Positions 53,429 to 64,000 of a DNA stretch of 64,000 nt are shown piece by piece. Positions within the stretch are counted from its first letter, which is position 1. Every line of letters starts with the position of its first letter. The notes under the pieces were generated by a model. That model had not been told where the DNA came from. It made no database searches and was given only the letters and a program-made list of their open reading frames with translations. Origin of the DNA: the human T2T-CHM13v2.0 reference genome, Homo sapiens. The position numbers and the translations under genes were made by a program. The DNA lies in assembly GCF_009914755.1 (NCBI RefSeq), contig NC_060930.1. The stretch is one strand, 5' to 3'.

Positions 53429-54299
53429 CCAATTGGAGATAAACTAGAAATTTTTAAAATGTATGAGTAACAAAGGCATATATTTAGAGTTTAAAAATAC
53501 TTTGCTTCTTTAATTCCAGAACTTTCCTTTTAATTTCTAGTGTCTGCCTTGCATGCCTATCTCTGGGAACACGAATTGCATTGTCTGGCCAATAGAAGGT
53601 TAATCTATGAACCCTTCAGAATTCCTCACTCTGAATAATTATCTTTTAAACCTCCCTGCTATGCACAAGAGTCTGAGTCCAACTTCCACAAAGTCAGGTT
53701 AGATTCCTAGAAATTGGAAAATAAAAGTTACTACCACTTTGAGAAACAAATTTGTTTCTATTAAGAATAGAATTTGGCTTTGGTCACATTTGGTGGTATT
53801 TTAGTTTCAGAGGAATTTTTTTTCCTGACCAATGTTCCACTCTAATTTTCTTCTAAGCACCAAAGACCAAAGCAGTCAGCTTAACATGATTTACAAAGCA
53901 AATGTGAGGATTGCCGTGTGTGGGTTCATCGCGCTCTGAGACACTACTCAGTGGAAGAAAAGAACTGTCCTGTCAAGTACCAATTACAGAAACTGTGGAA
54001 TCCCCCCCTGGACTGAGGCTGAAGCTTTAAGCTGAAAGAGGCTTAAAGGCAGAAAGAGAAACACATACTCTTTCCACTGGGCTGTCTCATGGTAGAGTGC
54101 CCTTCAGGTGTGTGGAATAAAGAGGAAGTCAGTTGCAAAAGACAAACAAATTTGCATAGTTTCTGTCTTTGAATGGTTCCTGTGAAGAGACAAACTGAAA
54201 ACATAGTGGTGAATGTAAATAACAGGTTGGATGAGACTAAAAAATAAAAATAGGAATCCTGGAAATGAGAATTTGGGGGAGCCTCTGGCAGTTTCAGAG

Positions 54300-55336
54300 C
54301 ATTTAAATTCTCTACAAGCCTTGGGTTATGTAGCTTGTGCCTGAATCCAGCTGAAAAGATCAGAAAAAGAAGGCCTAGAATTATGCCTTTCTGGCTATTT
54401 TCTCTTTTGTGGATTATTTAGTCCAAGATAAACAGAACATTGGCAAAAGCAACCCTCTTTAAGGGAGAGAATCAAGTATTTCCCCTGTCTTTTCTATTCA
54501 AACTGTACCCTAGGGTAATCAAATGGTTGATGAGGGAAGTTTTTCTTTCTAGAAATAGTCCAGCCAGTAAATAAAGGAGGAATAATAGAATCAGAATATC
54601 ACCATTTTGCAACCATTAATTTATGAATACAGGAAATACTCTTCAACAGCTGCAAACATCATAGAAAGAGACAATCAGATGCAAGAACTCACTACCACAT
54701 AAGAAATTGTCTTGCCCCCCTAATTGAATCTGAATCCAATCCCTCATCTATATCTAACTACCAATTTATAGGAAATGCAAAGGACAAAGGAACATGTCAA
54801 ATGTTATGATGAGAATGGAACTGAAAAATAATCCAAACTGTGGGATGCTCTAGAGGAAAAATAACCCATTGCTTTCACAAACATTATCAAATTATAAGAA
54901 AGAATATGGTAGGGAGAACCTATAGATTAAAAGAGATTTAAGAGAAATGTTAAACAATTAGCATGTATAAACCTTATTTACTCTTCATTCAAATAAATGG
55001 TAAAAGAGAAAGTAAGGAATAAAAACCATAGTTAAGACAATTCTTAACATCAACAATACAATGTCAAAAATTATTTTTAATTTGGGAGATATGATGGTAT
55101 TGTGGTTGTTATATGTCTTTGGAAGATACAAACTAAAATACTTACAGGTGAAGTGATATAATATATGAAATTTGCTACAAAATAATGCAGGTGAGGAAGT
55201 GGAGGTATGTAGAGGAAACAAGATTGGCCATGGATTGATAATTATTGAAGCTGGGTGATGAGGACTTGGAGGTTCATTGAACTATTCTCCCTACTTTTGT
55301 ATATTTGGTGTTTCTATAACAAAAATGTAAAAATAA
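54300..55336 (+). mobile_element. L1MC4/5-type 3'UTR
   Basis: tagaatcagaatatcaccattttgcaacc, aagattggccatg, ttgaagctgggtgatg motifs. Confidence 0.75.
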
Positions 55337-55495
55337 GATAACACCACCAACAAGGGATAGGAGAAAACAATGTGTTTAATTAAAGTTTAGAATTAAACAT
55401 GTATTTGTTATTCAAGGAATTTTCTTACTCATATAAAAGCCCCAAAATGGTAAACGTACCATTTTCTCTAGGTTGAAAAAATGCTTGTTTATAAT

Positions 55496-55829
55496 ATAAT
55501 GGATTCCCTAATTATACCAACTTCATAATGAAAATGTATTTTTGAGTTCTGTGTGATAACATTTTGGAATTATTAATCGGTAGTTAATGTGAAAGAAAAA
55601 TAAATGACAAGATTGTGAAGTAGTTTCTCTATTTGAACCATCATATTAATAAGAGGATCTTTTCAAGATATGTTATTAATATGATGGTTCAAACAGAGAA
55701 ACTACTTCACAATCTTGTCGTTTATTTTTCTTTCACATTAACTACCGATTAGTAATTCCAAAATGTTATCACACAGAACTCAAAAATATATTTTCATTAT
55801 GAAGTTGGTATAATTAGGGAATCCATTAT
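55496..55829. repeat. Inverted repeat: 157-bp arms, 20-bp spacer, 4 mismatches
   Basis: 55496-55652 is the reverse complement of 55673-55829 at 153/157 positions. Confidence 0.97.
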
Positions 55830-56202
55830 GGCACATATACACCATGGAATACTATGCAGCCATAACAAATGATGAGTTCATGTCCTTTGTAGGGACATGG
55901 ATGAAATTGGAAACCATCATTCTCAGTAAACTATCGCAAGAACAAAAAACCAAACACCGCATATTCTCACTTATAGGTGGGAATTGAACAATGAGATCAC
56001 ATGGACACAGGAAGGGGAATATCACACTCTGGGGACTGTGGTGGGGTGGGGGGAGGGGGGAGGCATAGCATTGGGAGATATACCTAATGCTAGATGACGA
56101 GTTAGTGGGTGCAGCGCACCAGCACGGCACATGTATACATATGTAACTAACCTGCACAATGTGCACATGTACCCTAAAACTTAAAGTATAATAAAAAAAA
56201 AA
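55829..56202 (+). mobile_element. Young L1 (late L1PA2-type), 5'-truncated
   Basis: GAG diagnostic plus gactgtggtgggg and ctgcacaatgtgcac; poly(A); candidate TSD aagatat (55665-55671 / 56203-56209). Confidence 0.93.
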
Positions 56203-56375
56203 AAGATATTTTAAACTTTTTCCTGAATAAATATTCTTTCCTTTCTCTCCAAAAATCTGAATTATTCTCATTATTCAGGTTCTTAATGCTTATTTATTAA
56301 AATGATTTGAACCAATATGCCTTCCATTTCCACCTGAATAGTAAGTTTTTTGTTTTTTTTTTTAACATGGAGATG

Positions 56376-56490
56376 GTTGTAGGGAAAAACAATAACCCCT
56401 GTAGGTTCTTAGTTGGAACAGGGCCTCCTGTTACAAAAGACAGATTAACAAGAGAAAAGCAAGCAGAAGTTTATTTACATGAGTTTATTT
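56376..56490 (-). mobile_element. MER31/MER67-like LTR fragment
   Basis: cctgttacaaaagacagattaacaagagaaaag..agaagtttatt motif. Confidence 0.55.
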
Positions 56491-56792
56491 GAGGAAATAA
56501 TGACAATAAACTTGCCAAAATTAAAAGAGTACTTCAGCTTGAAGGCGTCCAAAGAATGAGCAACAGAATAGGTACGGGCAAGTACACACATTTTCACAGA
56601 AATGAAATTTAATGAACCACAGATGAGAATCCTAAATATTTCCAGATAGAAAGAAAATTGTAGCTGTAGGAAAATGGCAGTATTACCTGAATCACAGAGA
56701 GAATAATAAATAATAGTGACTGGTAGAGATGTGAGGATTCTGCCGGCTGCTGAGTATATCTATTCTAATTATGCATTCCAGAACTGGAGAAA

Positions 56793-57239
56793 TCCTGCGG
56801 ACCCTATCTTTGTTGAACTGAACAAAGGATGACGAACGCAGGAATAAAGACAAAAGAGTATATTTAGAAGAAGGGGTCAGGGGGCTCATTGCTTCTAGTG
56901 AACACCGTCCCTGAGCTTTCATAGCCCTCCATATTTATTAGGTAAAAGAGATAGTGAGGGCGGGGTCGGGAGGGGGCGGCGGCAGCGGTTGTTGATGGGC
57001 AGTCTGATTTACAGCAGGCTTGCAAGACTGCATTCTTCCAACAGTAGGCTCTCAATGCCCCAGTAGATAACCTCAAGGAGCATGGCGCCAGGGAGTGATT
57101 GCCCTCAGCAAACCTTCTGGTGGCAGGTACAGTCGTGAGTTTGCCCACATCCTGCATTCATGATAAACAGTTTGCTGTTTGATCATATAGCCTCAGTGGA
57201 ATGCTGAGTTGGTTACAATCCCTTTGCCAGCTTTCTGCA
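56793..57239 (-). mobile_element. LTR3-like (HML-6) solo LTR, 447 bp
   Basis: Minus strand ACCAACTCAGCATTCCACTGAGGCTATATGATCAAACAGCAAACTG; 6-bp TSD gagaaa (56787-56792 / 57240-57245). Confidence 0.8.
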
Positions 57240-57249
57240 GAGAAATAAC

Positions 57250-59382
57250 CACAGGATTGGTTCAAGGACCCACTGGGCCACTGTGAGATGGACCTGAGCT
57301 AAAACTCCATTGATCACCTGATCTCATAAATTCCTACTCTGATTGGTATACCACAATGACTTTTTTTTTTTTTTTGTCTTGGGGATAGTGTCAATTCAAA
57401 GCCAGTATTCAGTAGTTATTTTTTAAAATACCTGTTTCCCATTCCTCAATGGTCAGTTACCCTGGTAAAAGACCCTCCGGTGCTTTAAGGAAGGCTGGGA
57501 TCAAAACTAACAGTATAAATTGTGGTAGTACAGCAGGATCCTTCCTCAAGGGAGCCTGTCCTCTTCCTCATTCAAAGGGTTTTGAGTCTGTAAACTGGTT
57601 CAAGTCTAGAAATTGATTGAAGGTTCATGACTCTCAGTTTTCATGATTCAGGTTAGACTTTGTTCATTTGCCCTAGAACTTTTCAGCTTATATAGATCAA
57701 GTAAAAATTTAGTAGGCATACAATCTATTTCACTCCTAGAGACACCATGTCAACTATTCTGATTGCTGTCCATTATGGTAACCATACCTACTTTGCCTTT
57801 GGTGATTGAGTACCAACACATGGCCCCAGACATTCTGAGATCCAACTACTCTCTTATTACATTTAAATTTCCCAATCTAATGACCACAGTTCTCACTTGT
57901 AAGGTCTGGCCTACAGAAAATGTGATCATAGAGCTCTTCTAGGATACTGGGCCTTCTCTCACAAATTTATTTTTCACAATAGTGATGAAAGATATGTCTT
58001 CTGGACCCATCCAGGGTGGATGATTAGATCTTAAATGACAAATCAAGGCTGACATTCCAATCTTTCTACACCTTTGAATGCTTTCCTCTACATTAAACAA
58101 AGGCAGGTCCAGCATTTTCAACTCACTCACTGTGGGCCACCTTTTGATTCATGCTTCAGCCCACCAAACAAATAAACTGTTAGAACCCTTTCTAATTCCC
58201 TGAGCTAGAGCACTAAATACAGAATCTCTGCTTTGTGAGCCCATTTCAATAAATTCATCCTGATCCAACTTTATGTTTCTCTACCATTATCCCACATCTT
58301 TAATATCCACTCCCACATATGTTACCTAACCTATATCTGTATAAATTAGAAAACTTAAGTCATTCTTTTGGAGTATAGCACATCTTGTCATGAGTTGCAT
58401 TTTCTACCTCACCTACCTTTAGGTTCTTGCTGGAACTTGAGTCTAATTACAGATCTAGAAGCAAAGATGGATGGTGGCGTTTGGTTCCGAGGAGACTCAG
58501 CTCTATCTTGCATGGCAACTGCCTCAGGGGAGGCCATTACAAGTTCCTCTGGAAATGCAGGGTTAATCCTCCCAGACCAGGATAGAGAGGCCACTGTCAT
58601 TGAAGGTGGGGTGATTGCTCCCACTACGGGTGCAGAGCCATCTCCTCTTGGGGATGGGGAGGCCTCTTCCACTGGCAAAGATTCATCAGAATTTAGGGGG
58701 TCAATATCTGCAGCTTTATTAGGGGTTTCTTACACTTACTCGTATTATCATGATCTCATTTCTTCCTAATCAATGCCCTTACTTTAAAAGTAGACATTTT
58801 ATGAGGCTCGGTGTTCAACTTACATTGTAATTCAGCCAGTTGTAGAAGGCCGTTTTGAGTTTGATTTTTCAGCAATTTTGGTCCTGAGGCCATAGGAGAG
58901 ATGGTTCTTCTTCAGAGCTCACATAGAAGCTTTCAGGTCATTTATGAGGTGCATGAACTGGCAGTGTGAATTTCTGAGTTTGCCTGAGCTTTTCTTTTCC
59001 CATTTTTATGTAGTAACATTACCTGCCTTTGCTTCTAGATCCACCACCCATCTTTGCTTCTAGATCTATAATTAGACTCATTACCTGTGTTAGTTTGCCA
59101 AATATGTTAAAAATATTATATACATAGTCTCCCAGCTCTTTGCTTCTTATAAGTGATTGATTAGGAATAACAAATGAAGATATTTTGCATGTCTCTATTG
59201 CCAGATCACACCACAGGCTATTAATGCTCTCTTTTCTACTAAATTTAGAGTCATTAGTGTCTTTAATCAGATTATAGGTCCAATCACAGAAACACTAGCG
59301 TCAGTTTTGATAACTCATCCTTAAAATTCTATTTCTCTAGGACTACTCTTGTTTCCAAAGTATGTATTAGTCTGGGTTCTCC
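57250..59382 (-). mobile_element. ERVL internal region (gag to protease), 3'-truncated
   Basis: Peptides SELKMLDLPLFNVEESIQR..IGM and INPAFPEELVMASPEAVAMQD of HERVL-type gag; adjoins an MLT2 LTR. Confidence 0.85.
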
Positions 59383-59559
59383 AGAGAAACAGAAGTAATA
59401 GGATGTCTGTGTGTGTGTGTGTGTGTATATATACATATATAGCTATATATATACATATATACATATTTTGCTATATATATTTATATATTATATATTTATA
59501 TATACTATATATTTATATATAGTATATATAGCTATATATATTTTATATATATATATTTA

Positions 59560-59602
<43 letters not shown>

Positions 59603-59974
59603 GATGGAGACCCAGGAGAGCTGATGGTTCTAGTATGAACATTTCCTGTATGAAAGCCAGCAAGCTTGAGACCCAAAAAGAGCTGATGTTGGGATCCAAA
59701 GACAGGCAGGCTGATGTTCCTGCTCAAAACTGTCAGGCAGTAGGAGCTCATTGTCACTCTTGGGAAGGTCAGCCTTTTTGTTGTATTTATTCAAGCCCTC
59801 AATTGATTTTATGGAGCCAACCCACATTAAGGAGGGCAATCTGCTTTACTTGGTCTACAATCCAAATGTTAATCTCATTCAAAAACACTTTCACAGACAC
59901 ACCCATATAATATTTGACAAAATATCTGGCACCCTGTGGCCCATTCAAATTGACACATAAAATTAACCATCACA
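59383..59974 (-). mobile_element. MLT2B/C-type 5' LTR containing a (TG)n/(TA)n tract (59408-59599)
   Basis: tgtattagtctgggttctccagagaaacagaa...tgacacataaaattaaccatcaca. Confidence 0.85.
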
Positions 59975-59984
59975 CATAGTATCA

Positions 59985-60310
59985 ATAATATATGAGAGTT
60001 TCAGTTGCTTCAGATCCTAACACTTGGTAAAGTCAGTGTTTTTACTATAAGCCATTCTAGTGAGTATGTAGTAGTATCTTACTGTGGTTTTAATTGGCAT
60101 TTTACTGATAACTAATTATATTGAGCACCTTTTCTGTACTTATTTGTCCTTCATATACTTTCATTTGTGAAGTATCTATTCAAATCTTGTGCCCATTTTT
60201 ATTCAGTTGCTGTCTTATTATTATTAGGTTGTATATATTCTGGGTACAAGTCCTTTGTAAAACATGCACATTATGAATATTTTGTCCATATATAGGTAAG
60301 GCTTGCCTTA
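59985..60310 (-). mobile_element. Old L1M ORF2-end fragment
   Basis: agccattctagtgagtatgtagtagtatc..tgtggttttaattggcattt..ttgagcacctttt. Confidence 0.7.
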
Positions 60311-60559
60311 CCTATATATACATGTCTCCGTGTATGCATACTTCGCAGTATTAGTGTATATGTGTATCTAGGAGTATATGTATATTTGTGTATAGACATA
60401 TAGTTCTTTTACTCTAATTTTAGTGGCATTTTGGGAGGTAGCAGTGAATAAATGCATATGTTTAGTTTAACATATTTTGCTAAAGTTTATAATTATTCAT
60501 CTGAGCTTTCTAAGTGATATTTACAACCCCTTTAGAGTATATGCTACACGACATTATAT

Positions 60560-60700
60560 AAATGTCTGTTTACATGTTTTCCTTCATTCCTTGCTGGATT
60601 CTAGGCTCATTGAGGGTAAGGTCAGGTATTCATCTTTGTACTCCCAGTGACTAGCATAGTACTTGGCGTATATTATATACTTCAGTAGATTGAAAAATAG
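60560..60700 (+). mobile_element. L2 3' end
   Basis: aggctcattgagggtaagg..catctttgtactcccagtgactagcatagtacttggc. Confidence 0.65.
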
Positions 60701-60905
60701 ACACTACTTATCTTGGGAGAAGTTTGTCTAGGATTGTGATGGTTTGTCTTGGATTGTGATGGTTCTGTCTAGGACTCTTTTCTCTCCTTTTGTCATGTCA
60801 GTGTGTACTTTTTGGAAACTTCAACTGGAAATGTAGAGTATGAAAAGTCTGAGTGTATTTTATAAAGTCTTCTCTAATTAAATTATAATAGGCTTTAAAT
60901 GAGAA

Positions 60906-61071
60906 CAAGGGTCAGCAAACTTTCTGTAAAGGGCCAGAGAATAAATACTTTCAGCTTTGTGGACAACATGGTCGGCTATGCAATTTTGCTGTTGTAGCAT
61001 GAAAGTAGCCTTAGACATTACATAAATGAATGAGCATGGCTGTGTTCAAATAAAACCTCATTTAAAAAGAG
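60906..61071 (+). mobile_element. MER58A, 3' part interrupted
   Basis: gggtcagcaaactttctgtaaagggccag..gcatggctgtgttcaaataaaac. Confidence 0.8.
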
Positions 61072-61400
61072 GCAGTCATAAAAAAGAATGAGATCACATC
61101 CTTTTCAGGGACACGGATTAAGCTGGAAGCCATCATTCTCTGCAAACACAGGAACAGAAAACCAAACACCGCATTTTCTCACTTATAAGTGGGAGTTGAA
61201 CAATGAGAACACATGGATGCAGGGAGGGAAACAACACACACCAGGGCCTGTTGGGGGGTGGAAGGCTGAAGTAGGAGGATTGCTTGAGCCTAGGAGTTTG
61301 AGGCTGCAATGAGCTATAATCACACCACTGTACTCAGGCCTGGGTGACAGAGCAAGAGTCTGTCTCAAAACCAAACCAAAACAAACAAAAAACCAAAACA
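61072..61400 (+). mobile_element. L1PA 3' segment (61072-~61265) fused to an AluJ/FLAM-type 3' fragment with an (AAAC)-type tail
   Basis: L1 sequence up to the G-rich tract, then gaaggctgaagtaggaggattgcttgagcc...tgtctcaaaa. Confidence 0.8.
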
Positions 61401-61639
61401 GCCTGGTTTGTTGCCTTTTATAGATGTTCCAAAGCTCTGCTCCTTTCAATCAGCTTTCTATGCCTTAGTTGGAAATAAGACCAGACAGACAAGAATTATC
61501 TCACATTTTGAGAAAGCTTCTCATATGAAAAGCACAAAGGCAACTAACTAGCAAACTAGCTTACCTAATAACTTAATACAGCGTATAATAAAAAACAGAT
61601 AAATTTGAGAGCAGAGTAAACTTTATGAAAAAAAGATAT

Positions 61640-64000
<2,361 letters not shown>

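Noticed and set aside
55496-55829. MITE or pre-miRNA
   Set aside because: No transposon termini or TSD around the hairpin as a unit; the second arm lies inside an L1 TSD. Small-RNA production cannot be excluded without data.
59408-59638. Ile/Tyr-rich ORF
   Set aside because: Translation of a (TA)n microsatellite inside an MLT2 LTR.
60722-60773. 20-bp tandem repeat (~2.6 copies)
   Set aside because: Ordinary short tandem duplication with no further structure.

Overview
Repeat-dominated hominoid (human-like) genomic DNA; AluY, L1PA2/L1PA3-type L1s and LTR13 are present. I can support no intact protein-coding gene, RNA gene or CRISPR array. The long ORFs are retroelement remnants. Main contents: a pol-deleted class I ERV with a Pro PBS (1-3839, -); two L1PB elements facing each other (13576-18746 +, ~28975-35548 -); an old, near full-length RAB1A processed pseudogene (~18895-22034, -) with an Alu and a tail-less L1 piece inside it and a twin-primed L1PA2 at its 5' edge; solo LTR13 and LTR3-like LTRs with perfect 6-bp TSDs; a partial ERVL; a fragmented CR1/L3; and many MaLR, L1M, L2, MIR and MER5/MER58 fossils. 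Subfamily names come from recalled consensus sequences and need RepeatMasker/Dfam confirmation. I found no new gene system. The strongest non-routine signal is a set of templated-repair or template-switch scars: a 157-bp fold-back duplication of flanking DNA inside the TSD of a young L1 (55496-56209), an ancient L1 ORF1 piece inside a younger THE1B LTR, a copy of an LTR/host junction inside the ERV leader, an inverted 40-bp templated insertion in ERVL, tail-less L1 fragments and several perfect micro-palindromes.
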